25,702 nucleotides of DNA, taken from a virus. Taxonomy: Duplodnaviria > Caudoviricetes. Location of the stretch: IMG/VR virus record IMGVR_UViG_3300030613_000030, positions 1-25,702 of that record; one strand, given 5' to 3'. The notes under the pieces are model-generated. The model made no database searches. It worked only from the letters and a program-made list of their open reading frames with translations, and was not told the DNA's origin. Below, one piece after another: positions 6,110 to 14,285 of this stretch. The position numbers were made by a program, and so were the translations under genes. The first letter of the stretch is position 1, and every line of letters begins with the position of its first letter.

Positions 6110-6969
6110 GCGAGGCTTGGCAGGACGCCCCGAAGGCGCTAGTGTTGGTGGATTTCTCCGCTATAGCATACTCATGTTGGGCCTCAGCCGAAAGGGCCGA
6201 GGCTCAAGGTAAGCTACGCTGGACCGAGCACATCTCCGTATGTGAGTTCTGCATGAACGGAGAGAAGTGTCCGAACCCTCCGCCGAAGCAGTACGACCCT
6301 CACGAAGTGCTGAAGACTAACCTCCGACTCAAGCTGATGACCCTCGTTGAGGCCCTCTCCGTAAGTGGCATTGAGGCGTTGGTGATGGTTCTGGATTCGC
6401 ACTGTCAGTGGAGGTACGACATTTTCCCAGGCTACAAGGGCAAGCGAGACCCGAACCGATTCAACCCGCGACCCGAGGCCGAAGCCTACCTGCGCGAGGC
6501 CTATCCGAACATGAAGTGGTTCACCGCGCCTGGTCACGAGGCTGATGACGCCCTAGCTACGCTGGTGCGCATCAACAAAGGTAAGGTACCTATCATCGTG
6601 GTAACGGGAGATAAGGACCTGTGGCAATTGTTCGACTCTCCGTCCGTCCGTATTTTCAACCCCGTCACCCAAGAGTTCCTGGGCGCCGAGAAGGTGGCTG
6701 AGAAGTTTTGGGGCTTAGACCGACAGCACATCCGAGCGTTGAAAGCACTCTACGGCGACTCATCAGACAGCCTACCGAACTGCGCGCCTCGAACTCAAAA
6801 GCAGCTAGTGCCGCTCATCCGTGAAGCTGGTGGCGACCTCATGAAAACTATTGAGCTAGCTAAGAGTCGAGTTAATGAGACCTGCTTTGGTCACCTGGAA
6901 AAGAATCTCGACCAGATAGTCGTCAACTGGATGCTGGCTGGACTGCGAGACGATGTCGAGTTGATGTAG
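6106..6969 (+). CDS. 5'-3' exonuclease / flap endonuclease (Pol I N-terminal, T5 D15-like)
   Basis: Motifs LVD, WR..FPGYKGKR, EADD, TGDKDLWQL and GDSSD. GTG 6106 is chosen because of the GTGA coupling (ORF track starts at 6100). Confidence 0.9.
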   Translation: MSEAWQDAPKALVLVDFSAIAYSCWASAERAEAQGKLRWTEHISVCEFCMNGEKCPNPPPKQYDPHEVLKTNLRLKLMTLVEALSVSGIEALVMVLDSHCQWRYDIFPGYKGKRDPNRFNPRPEAEAYLREAYPNMKWFTAPGHEADDALATLVRINKGKVPIIVVTGDKDLWQLFDSPSVRIFNPVTQEFLGAEKVAEKFWGLDRQHIRALKALYGDSSDSLPNCAPRTQKQLVPLIREAGGDLMKTIELAKSRVNETCFGHLEKNLDQIVVNWMLAGLRDDVELM

Positions 6970-6995
6970 CAGTAGCCGACCTACCGTGCTAGTAT
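6967..6995 (+). promoter_or_regulatory. Extended -10 promoter candidate
   Basis: TAGCAG, 17 nt, TAGTAT, with CGTGC directly before the -10. Near-identical to the 5650 site. Confidence 0.5.
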
Positions 6996-7011
6996 GATGT
7001 CAGGAGAGGCC

Positions 7012-7437
7012 ATGTTCGGAGCGGCGGACGAGATTCGACACACAGACAAGGATACGGGCGCCCAGAAGTGCATGAAACTGGCTCGCCTGGACCTCATTCC
7101 ACCAATCCCACTGTGGGAGTTGGGTGAACATTTCGGCAAAGGCTCTCAGAAATACTCTGATAATAACTGGCGCAAGGGATATTCTTGGAGTATCAGTTAC
7201 GCAGCGCTTCAGAGACACCTACAGCTTTTCTGGGCGGGCGAAGAGATGGACGACTGTAAGCCCGGCTGCCCCACAGACTGCAAGAATCACACGCACTCAC
7301 CACATATCATCGCCGCTGCGTGGCACTGCTTCGTTCTGCGTGAGTTCATGATTTTGCATCCAGGCAAGGATGACCGCTTTAAAGCCACTCTAGACGCCTT
7401 TCAGAAAATGATGACCACACCACCACAGGGGAAGTGA
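7012..7437 (+). CDS. dATP/dGTP diphosphohydrolase-domain protein (DUF5664-like)
   Basis: Pattern K.AR.DLIP...GSQKY...NWRKG.SWS..YAALQRHL..FW.GE..D...H...AAW. AGGAGAGG RBS before ATG 7012 (alternative start 6994). Confidence 0.8.
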   Translation: MFGAADEIRHTDKDTGAQKCMKLARLDLIPPIPLWELGEHFGKGSQKYSDNNWRKGYSWSISYAALQRHLQLFWAGEEMDDCKPGCPTDCKNHTHSPHIIAAAWHCFVLREFMILHPGKDDRFKATLDAFQKMMTTPPQGK

Positions 7438-7438
7438 C

Positions 7439-7768
7439 ATGAGGCCTACCGAAATGATGCGCGTCGCCCATAAGTACCTCACCCAGTTGGCAACTAGCTC
7501 ACAGACACCCTGGAAGACTCAGGTTAACGAGGTTCTGCCTGGGGCGGCACAGGATATCCAGCGAGAGTCCATCAAGCCGGTTGCGCTGTTCTGGCAGAAG
7601 ACCGTAGCGCCCAAGGGAATCTCGAAGGCACTATGCGACCGCGCCGTGGACCGAGCGCTAAATTCTTCGAAGCCAGTCTCCTTCGATACATTGACCCCGT
7701 CCGAGCGCACCTACGTACTGGCGGTGCTAGGCGAGGTTCGAGGCTGGGCCACCGCTCAGGTCGCCTAA
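7439..7768 (+). CDS. Hypothetical protein, 109 aa
   Basis: ATG 1 nt after the upstream stop, with GGGGA upstream. Confidence 0.7.
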   Translation: MRPTEMMRVAHKYLTQLATSSQTPWKTQVNEVLPGAAQDIQRESIKPVALFWQKTVAPKGISKALCDRAVDRALNSSKPVSFDTLTPSERTYVLAVLGEVRGWATAQVA

Positions 7769-7776
7769 GGAGCCAG

Positions 7777-8067
7777 ATGCGCATCCGCACGCTAGCCAAG
7801 ACCTTCGTCACCTTGAATATTGCGGACGCCCTGCTGACAGCGTGGGCGATTCACACTGGTGGCGGCGAGGTACAGGAAGGTCTCCCTGTCATGGCCCTGC
7901 TAGTCTCACAGGGCCTTGGCTGGTTCTTGGCGGTCAAGATTCTAGTAGGAACGCTGCTAGCTTTCTATTGCTGGAGATTTTACCACCAGAGAGAGCTAAA
8001 GCTAGGCATCTTGTTGCTGGTCGCAGTGTTGACTTGGAATGTACTTCGACTATGGGTACACCTCTAG
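7777..8067 (+). CDS. Small multi-pass membrane protein (DUF5658-like), possible holin
   Basis: TAAGGAG RBS, LN.AD.LLT...E.LP.M...F..K pattern and three hydrophobic segments. The holin role is only inferred from its position next to the endolysin. Confidence 0.65.
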   Translation: MRIRTLAKTFVTLNIADALLTAWAIHTGGGEVQEGLPVMALLVSQGLGWFLAVKILVGTLLAFYCWRFYHQRELKLGILLLVAVLTWNVLRLWVHL

Positions 8068-8621
8068 AACCGCTTCAAAAAGGCCAGGCACGTCCTGCAA
8101 GGCGTTTGGACCGTGCAGTTAGCCCGGACTAGCCACCCTTCAAGAAACCCATTGGAGGCTGGCCTGCTGGCCACAATGCTCTCGTAGAAGTCGACCAGGG
8201 CCTGCCGTAGGTTCTCGATGAAGAGCGGTACGGGCATGGCTACAATCGCCGCAACGGTTTTGGGTCCCATAACGCCATCATCTGCTACGCAAGCAGCGCG
8301 CTGAGCTAGGATAGTTGCTCGGCGCACGCCACAATTTACGGCAACGTCCAGAACCTTGGTCGCTACCAACTGACCAAACTTGTCGCAGTTCATCGGTGCC
8401 CAGTAATTCTTTTCGTAGAGAGCGCAGGCTTCGCCCTGGGTCAACATCGCGATGTCACCGTGGGTGATTAGGTGTCCCAGGAAGGCTGCTAGAGCGGGGC
8501 CGGTAACGCCCCACTTCGTAATTCCGCCCGGGTCATTGAGCCTATCATTTAGCCCCCCATTCGAGTCACCACCGACTTCATGACAGAGGACCGTGCGAAG
8601 AGCTTCGATACAATTAGACAT
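8064..8621 (-). CDS. Endolysin, glycoside hydrolase family 108 with C-terminal peptidoglycan-binding region
   Basis: HEVGG...NDPGGITKWGVT, Y..NYW, D.AVNCG, DGVMGPKT and FL.GWL.R motifs. Confidence 0.9.
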   Translation of the reverse strand: MSNCIEALRTVLCHEVGGDSNGGLNDRLNDPGGITKWGVTGPALAAFLGHLITHGDIAMLTQGEACALYEKNYWAPMNCDKFGQLVATKVLDVAVNCGVRRATILAQRAACVADDGVMGPKTVAAIVAMPVPLFIENLRQALVDFYESIVASRPASNGFLEGWLVRANCTVQTPCRTCLAFLKRF

Positions 8622-8629
8622 AGTACCCC

Positions 8630-8664
8630 TTGACAGCTACATAGGTTTCTGGTAGGCTACAAGC
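8630..8664 (+). promoter_or_regulatory. Sigma70-type leaderless promoter
   Basis: TTGACA (8630-8635), 17 nt, TG-g-TAGGCT (8653-8658), 6 nt, ATG 8665. Confidence 0.85.
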
Positions 8665-9024
8665 ATGAAGACCGCCCTCCTGCTCGCCGCCCTCCTGCTG
8701 CCTGCCCTCGCTTTCGCGGAGGACAATCGGACATGGACCAGGTTCGATACCGCCATGGAGGCTACGACTGCGGTCACCCTAGCTCTCGACTGGAACCAGA
8801 CCATCCGTATCGCAGCGGCGGGACGAGAAATCAACCCCTACCTAGGCCCGCACCCCGCTCGCCACACGGTTAACACCTATTTCGCATCCTGTATCGTTCT
8901 ACACGCCGCAGTCGCCTACGCTCTTCCCAAGCCCTACCGAACCATCTGGCAGGGGGTCTTCATCATGGTGGAGGCCAAGGTAGTTCGCGACAACATCCGA
9001 CTCGGGTGGGGAATCAAGTTTTAG
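8665..9024 (+). CDS. Exported/membrane protein with signal peptide, 119 aa
   Basis: Signal peptide MKTALLLAALLLPALAFA, DW.QT...E.NP.LG.HP motif, and a C-terminus ending GWGIKF. Confidence 0.8.
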   Translation: MKTALLLAALLLPALAFAEDNRTWTRFDTAMEATTAVTLALDWNQTIRIAAAGREINPYLGPHPARHTVNTYFASCIVLHAAVAYALPKPYRTIWQGVFIMVEAKVVRDNIRLGWGIKF

Positions 9025-11516
9025 TTGTCGAGTTGCACCCATGAAGCGCCGGTCCATCCTAAGAAGTGGTGGGTATTCGTGTCGTAATAAATGTCGCCCT
9101 CCAAAGGGGTTGAAGGCGCGACGTTAGGTCCTACGTGAATGGCAGCCTTTGTCGCGTTACCATGCGCCACTAGCCCATATCCAGTGCCACCCACCGAGTC
9201 GGCGAGGACAGCGGTTCCGCTGCCGATGCACGTAGCGTGCACGGCGCCGCCGGAAGCGGTCCCGACGGCATCAACACCGATACCTCCAGCGCCTCCACCA
9301 CTAGCGCTAACACCTGTTCCACCACCAGCGCCGCCGACGCCGTTGACGCCGACACCGGTCCCAGCGCCGCCTGAACCGTAAACGCCAGATCCGTTTGTAG
9401 CTCCGCCAACGCCGAAGACGCCGACGCCTGAGGCGCCGCCCCCCTCACCTCTTACCCCTGTACCACCACCGGCGCCACCGATGCCATAGACGCCTCTACT
9501 GCTACCGCTACCGGCACCGACAACTCCGTCGCCTCCACCAGCGCCGCCAGTACCAGAGACACCTACCGCGCCAGCCGTGGCGCCACCGGTGCCGGAGACA
9601 CCCGAGCCGGTAAGAACTCCTTGTCCTTGTACGCCACCACCACCAGCAGCGCCGCCAGTACCAGAGACACCTACCGCGCCAGCAGTGGCGCCGCCAGTGC
9701 CGTTGACGCCAGCGCCCGTAAGAACCCCTTGTCCTCGTACGCCACCACCACCAGCAGCGCCGCCAGTACCAGAGACACCTACCGCGCCAGCCGTGGCGCC
9801 ACCGAGGCCTACGACACCAGAGCCGATTCCGTCACCCACTCCTTGGACTCCGTAGCGGCCCGCAGTACCCCACCCCTGAACCCCGTCGCCACCACCAGCG
9901 CCGCCAGTACCAGTAATACCTGGCGCTCCTGCGGTAGCTCCGCCAGTACCAGAGACACCCGGGTATGCAAGCGTTCCTTGTCCGGTAACTCCATCGCCAC
10001 CACCGGCGCCGCCAGTGCCAGAGACGCCTCGCGCGCCAGCAGTGGCGCCACCGGTGCCGGAGACACCAGAGCCGGTTCCATTGCCACTGCTGGTCACACC
10101 AACCCCGTTAACGACGCTATTGCTGCTGACAACTCCTTGGTTGACCTGAAGCGAACCAAGAATGGTGGCGAGAATAGCAGCAACTCCGATACTGACTGAT
10201 GTGGTCGTGGCGGTGGTACCAAGGTTCATCGCGCCAGCGACAAAGCGCTGCACACCGTTAGCTACGCACTCATCAGCAGCATTGGTCACAATCACAACCG
10301 GATTGGCTGGTGCCGGAACGTAAGTGTGGTTCAACTGCACGATACCCATAGACGTGTTGGTGGCCGGGATTCCTGGCGCATTCACTTGGGTAGAAGTATT
10401 GCCCACATAAACGGTGGCGCCGTAGCGCCAAGCCAGAATGTAGCGCGAGCCCGGCGTGGCTGGCACTAGAGCAGCTAGGGCTGAGCGCTGGACTTTAGTA
10501 GCCGCGATAACAGCGTTGGCGGTTCGATTCAACTCGACGTAAATCACGTCGCCGTCAGCCATGTCGGTTAGGCCAGGTGACGCGATAACTTGGTCCGCAA
10601 CAGTGTTGAATGTCGCCGTTGAGTTGCCGAAAATGAAGCTCAGACCCTGCCACGTTAGGTTACCGGCGTTCCAGTACCAGTTCTCGCCAGTCAGACCGAA
10701 CACTGCTGCTGGGTCATAAACCAGACGCACGGTACGGTCGTCCGAAGGGGCGTACCAGTGCTCACCGCCGCCTAGCTCCCATAGACGTTGGGCAATGGCA
10801 CGGTTGAAGTCGGATTGACTGATGATGTCCTTGTCCCCGCCAGTGAATCCGCTGGTCGAAGTAGCCTCGTTGCGGTTGAGCCAAGCGTACTGAGCCAGAG
10901 CGCTAGGGGAAGAACCTCCCGTGCCTAGGCGCCAGAACATCTGTCGGCAGTCCGTAACGACGGCGACATTTCCGCCAGCATCAACGGTGACCTTGGCGAT
11001 AGGGCAAAGAGTGGGAGTGAGCCCAAAGTTCGAGGTGGAGATGTTGATTCGGTAGTTGAGAACCCTGCCTAGCGGAACCGTCTGCGTGAATTCTAGGTTA
11101 GTTGCGGCGTCACGGAAGACTACCGAGTCGTTGGTGGTTACGTCCGCGGTGCGAACTAGGTCAATGCTCACATAGTTAACTACACCCGGAGTGAACGAGC
11201 CCACCACATTCGGATTAGTGCCCACTAGGACGTCGTCGGGTTGGGTTGTCGGAACGGTGAAAATAGCTCCAGCCTCGGTCGCTGTGCCGTGTAGGAAAAC
11301 AGCGCTAGCCATACGCAGGATGAGGTTGGCTGCCGGGGCTCCGACCATGCCTACGTCCAGAATAGCTGCACCCCAGGCGACTAGCGCCTTAGTGCCGGTC
11401 ATGAGCGTGCCGGATAGCGCCTGAAAATCGTTGGCGACACAGGACTCGATGAGCCGTAGGGCGGGTACGTCTACACGCTGATTTCCTAGCCAGTTATACT
11501 GACGCTTGATAGCCAT
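9021..11516 (-). CDS. Tail fibre protein with long Gly-rich repeat shaft
   Basis: Last gene of the baseplate operon, with GAGG RBS. GVxGxG repeats over ~300 aa and a C-terminal PSTP.EGDIYYDT...F.GW.G.SW module. Confidence 0.75.
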   Translation of the reverse strand: MAIKRQYNWLGNQRVDVPALRLIESCVANDFQALSGTLMTGTKALVAWGAAILDVGMVGAPAANLILRMASAVFLHGTATEAGAIFTVPTTQPDDVLVGTNPNVVGSFTPGVVNYVSIDLVRTADVTTNDSVVFRDAATNLEFTQTVPLGRVLNYRINISTSNFGLTPTLCPIAKVTVDAGGNVAVVTDCRQMFWRLGTGGSSPSALAQYAWLNRNEATSTSGFTGGDKDIISQSDFNRAIAQRLWELGGGEHWYAPSDDRTVRLVYDPAAVFGLTGENWYWNAGNLTWQGLSFIFGNSTATFNTVADQVIASPGLTDMADGDVIYVELNRTANAVIAATKVQRSALAALVPATPGSRYILAWRYGATVYVGNTSTQVNAPGIPATNTSMGIVQLNHTYVPAPANPVVIVTNAADECVANGVQRFVAGAMNLGTTATTTSVSIGVAAILATILGSLQVNQGVVSSNSVVNGVGVTSSGNGTGSGVSGTGGATAGARGVSGTGGAGGGDGVTGQGTLAYPGVSGTGGATAGAPGITGTGGAGGGDGVQGWGTAGRYGVQGVGDGIGSGVVGLGGATAGAVGVSGTGGAAGGGGVRGQGVLTGAGVNGTGGATAGAVGVSGTGGAAGGGGVQGQGVLTGSGVSGTGGATAGAVGVSGTGGAGGGDGVVGAGSGSSRGVYGIGGAGGGTGVRGEGGGASGVGVFGVGGATNGSGVYGSGGAGTGVGVNGVGGAGGGTGVSASGGGAGGIGVDAVGTASGGAVHATCIGSGTAVLADSVGGTGYGLVAHGNATKAAIHVGPNVAPSTPLEGDIYYDTNTHHFLGWTGASWVQLDN
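9230..10110 (-). repeat. Gly-rich coding repeats with a 108-bp (36-aa) super-period
   Basis: GCGCCGCCAGT(A/G)CCAG recurs at 9541, 9649 and 9757 (108 apart), and at 9898 and 10006 (108 apart). Confidence 0.85.
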
Positions 11517-11562
11517 TTGTTACCTCTGTGTGGGAGCGAAGGTAAACGCACCTCATAGCTGA

Positions 11563-11570
11563 TAGATTGC
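11563..11570 (-). promoter_or_regulatory. Candidate late-promoter motif G(C/T)AATCTA
   Basis: GCAATCTA at the start of the intergenic gap upstream of the tail-fibre gene. The same motif occurs at 22067 and 25174. Confidence 0.45.
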
Positions 11571-11573
11571 TAC

Positions 11574-11999
11574 CTAGGACTTGCTTTCGTTTTCAAAATC
11601 GGAGCCGATAAAGCCGAAGGTGCCCATCACGAGCCCCTTGGGCTGCACAGACCAGGACTGCCGGTCGATAGCGCACCTAGTAGCCTTGAAGAGGGTAGTG
11701 TCCGTGAGTCGGTCGACTAGCTCAATATTGATATACTTCTGTTGCAGCATAGCTCGCCCGCTTGCTACCAGACCGGCCCCTTCGAGGCCTCCAGTTTCTC
11801 GGCCGCGGAGAACCTGGAAAGTGCCAGAGACCCGAAACGAACCTGGAATCAATTCCTGCACCGTGTTGCTGTCGATGCCGCGACCCTCACGCTGAGCCGT
11901 TTCGATATTCCACTGAGGGAGACCGACAATCAGCCCAAACATGACGCCGTTCATATAGCAAACTACGTGCGGCGCGGAGACTGTAAGGGGAAACGGCAT
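11574..11999 (-). CDS. Tail-tube-like / baseplate hub protein, 141 aa
   Basis: TAATG coupling at 11997-12001. Pattern of beta strands with GID...ELIPG...VSGT and QSWSV..KG.V.GTF.F resembling tube-fold proteins. Confidence 0.6.
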   Translation of the reverse strand: MPFPLTVSAPHVVCYMNGVMFGLIVGLPQWNIETAQREGRGIDSNTVQELIPGSFRVSGTFQVLRGRETGGLEGAGLVASGRAMLQQKYINIELVDRLTDTTLFKATRCAIDRQSWSVQPKGLVMGTFGFIGSDFENESKS

Positions 12000-13426
12000 T
12001 AGACCTCCCTCGCCGCAGCAACTTCTGCGTCCACGCCTGACCCAGCAAAGCATTGGACGATGTCCGATAGCGCTTGCGTCCCGTGGGTTGGATGTCCAGC
12101 GTTGCCAACGCCCACATCTCCAGGATAAACTATCGTCTTGGTCACAGTGTACCCGGCCGCAGAAATAGAGTCGATGGCTTCGGCTGCGGCAACTCGGCCA
12201 GCGGGACTGTCCGTCAAGATAAAGTCGCCGATTTCGCCAGCTACCGGCACCGGAGGCTTCTCGTTCACCAATAGGTTCACATAAGAGCCGAGTGGAATGG
12301 TTTCAGGGAAGGTGAATGTCGGGTCGACGAGAATATGGGCGGGCCCCGCCTTGCCCAGATAGACAACCGGCCCAGCCTGAAAATCGTTGCCGTACCCAAA
12401 GACAACCCACCCCTCAACATCGGGGAATAGAGTGCTCGACGCAACCTCAACTAGGCGGTATTGATTCCCGCCAACCAAAGGGATGCCCGCTGTCGTACTG
12501 GCAGCCGCGGTTATAGCGAGCCCCTTATCTACCTCTTCATATAGATAAGGGCCTACACCTGGGGTGACGTTATTGATAGTGACGTAGGCCGCAGAGGTGT
12601 CATTCCGAGCCACGACAACAGATGTAGCCGGGAGGAGCACCTCTACCAAGCCCTTGCCGCGGGTGAGTACGTAGGACGCTCTAGATTGCCCCAGGAGGCG
12701 AGATAGGGTGGTGGCAAGCCCCAGCGCTACCTGAGCCGCCCCGGACGCAACCAGGACAGAGCCACGCGCTCCTAGGGTGCCTGTAAGCAGTACGACGTGG
12801 TTCACTCGGGTAGTAGGAGTCAACTCCACCAGAGCTAGCGCATTGATACCGCGCGAGAGGAATTCTCGGTTGAGGACCGCCGCCACCTCAACAGCCGTAG
12901 CTGCACCGATAGTCACAAAGTCGGCTGTATGGAAGGTCACCGTGACGGTGGTCAGGTTATCGAAGGTGATGACCAGAGTTTGACCATTGACCAGGATATA
13001 GGTCTGGTCTGCCGAGACAAGGTTAGCCTGAACCGCTTCCTGTCCGTAGAACACTCGGAGCATCTCTAGGAAGGCAGGGATAGTCAACTGCCGCGACGAC
13101 GATTGGATAGAATACTGTCGGAAGGCTTCGTCGAGCATACCGACGCCTACCGGACGCTCCAACCCTAAGCCGGCTGCGCGTCGGTTCAGCCAAATGCTGG
13201 AGGCGGTAGCCAGGAACATTTGATTGGCGACTAGAGGAGCGTTGTCCCACGCGAACTGTTCACCTACAGCTAATCCAGCTATGAGGCACGACCATACGTC
13301 GCCCTTCATGCTATCAGGAATCTCGTCGCGCAAGAAAATAGAGGCACTCGGGCTCGCCCCTGAGAAGGGGGCAGCCGCCGGGCCGACTGGCACGCCGAGG
13401 CCAGTAAATAGTGCGTGGGTTGTCAT
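11999..13426 (-). CDS. Baseplate wedge protein (P2 gpI-like N-terminus)
   Basis: FLATAS..WL.R.AA..GL.RP..VGM.DE.FR motif, location in the baseplate operon, and TAATG coupling at 13426. Confidence 0.65.
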   Translation of the reverse strand: MTTHALFTGLGVPVGPAAAPFSGASPSASIFLRDEIPDSMKGDVWSCLIAGLAVGEQFAWDNAPLVANQMFLATASSIWLNRRAAGLGLERPVGVGMLDEAFRQYSIQSSSRQLTIPAFLEMLRVFYGQEAVQANLVSADQTYILVNGQTLVITFDNLTTVTVTFHTADFVTIGAATAVEVAAVLNREFLSRGINALALVELTPTTRVNHVVLLTGTLGARGSVLVASGAAQVALGLATTLSRLLGQSRASYVLTRGKGLVEVLLPATSVVVARNDTSAAYVTINNVTPGVGPYLYEEVDKGLAITAAASTTAGIPLVGGNQYRLVEVASSTLFPDVEGWVVFGYGNDFQAGPVVYLGKAGPAHILVDPTFTFPETIPLGSYVNLLVNEKPPVPVAGEIGDFILTDSPAGRVAAAEAIDSISAAGYTVTKTIVYPGDVGVGNAGHPTHGTQALSDIVQCFAGSGVDAEVAAAREV

Positions 13427-14283
13427 TAGGTGACTACGTTGCCGGCCAGGTCGTGAATGCCACTGACAGTCACGGTGTAGATTACGCCAGGAGTCTGGAC
13501 TCCGGTGGTCAAAAGGTAGCTACAGTCGAAGAGGTGCGAGACTCTCAGTAGAGCTAGCCCGCCAGTGACCGAGTAGTTGGTGATTAACATGGCCTCAGCT
13601 TCATTGACTGGCTCAGAGAAGGTAAGCAACACTGAAGAGGGGGATTGCGGCACAGCGGACAAGAGCGATGGGTAAGCGCCAACGCCCGTAAAGTTGTGGC
13701 TACTCTGAGTATTGGCGACGCCCGACATCGACACAAGCCCCGATGCAATGTTCAGGACGTATAAGCATCCAAATGTCTGTTCTGACGTGGTCAGCGTAAC
13801 GGTGTTAGCTAACACACTTACACCGGTAACGGCTACAGCACTACCCGTAGTTGTAGAAACACCCCAAAACGACGGTACCGCGCCAGCGGCAGTCAGCGAG
13901 ACGACGCCGCTAAACACAACTACTAAGCGACCGGCAGAAGGTGTCACTGACACAACCGTAGGAAATACGATAACGACAGGAATTTCTAGGGTTGTCGCAT
14001 GTCCACCGTCCAAGACAGGTGCTCCGATATTGAATGGCGTACCGGGAGGTGTCGGCGTGAACGCTCCGTTATACACCATGGGGCGGTCAAAACTGACATC
14101 CACTCGGTCAGCCAATGCGACCACCGAGATGATACCTCCTTCGTATTGAAACCCCATTCCACCGGTCTTGCTAAGCTGAATCGGGAACGGAACGCTGCCT
14201 TGCGGCGCGTAACCTAAATCTCCAGAAAGGAGATGGGGCTGGCCGAGGGGGCTTGTGCATCCGCTAGGGTTGATGTCGGGCAT
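13426..14283 (-). CDS. Virion protein with tandem Ig-like domains
   Basis: Repeated V.V.FDRP / VVVFSG.V / LLTFSEPV motifs, plus NYSV and YTVTVSGIHDLAGN. Confidence 0.7.
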   Translation of the reverse strand: MPDINPSGCTSPLGQPHLLSGDLGYAPQGSVPFPIQLSKTGGMGFQYEGGIISVVALADRVDVSFDRPMVYNGAFTPTPPGTPFNIGAPVLDGGHATTLEIPVVIVFPTVVSVTPSAGRLVVVFSGVVSLTAAGAVPSFWGVSTTTGSAVAVTGVSVLANTVTLTTSEQTFGCLYVLNIASGLVSMSGVANTQSSHNFTGVGAYPSLLSAVPQSPSSVLLTFSEPVNEAEAMLITNYSVTGGLALLRVSHLFDCSYLLTTGVQTPGVIYTVTVSGIHDLAGNVVT

Positions 14284-14285
14284 GG

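Noticed and set aside
1051-7437. 2-aminoadenine (Z) genome system
   Set aside because: No purZ in the window. Strong GATC avoidance and carriage of an amino-methyltransferase fit better with DNA that keeps ordinary bases. It cannot be excluded without the rest of the genome.
9139-10199. Pro-rich + strand ORFs
   Set aside because: Antisense shadows of the Gly-rich tail-fibre repeat.
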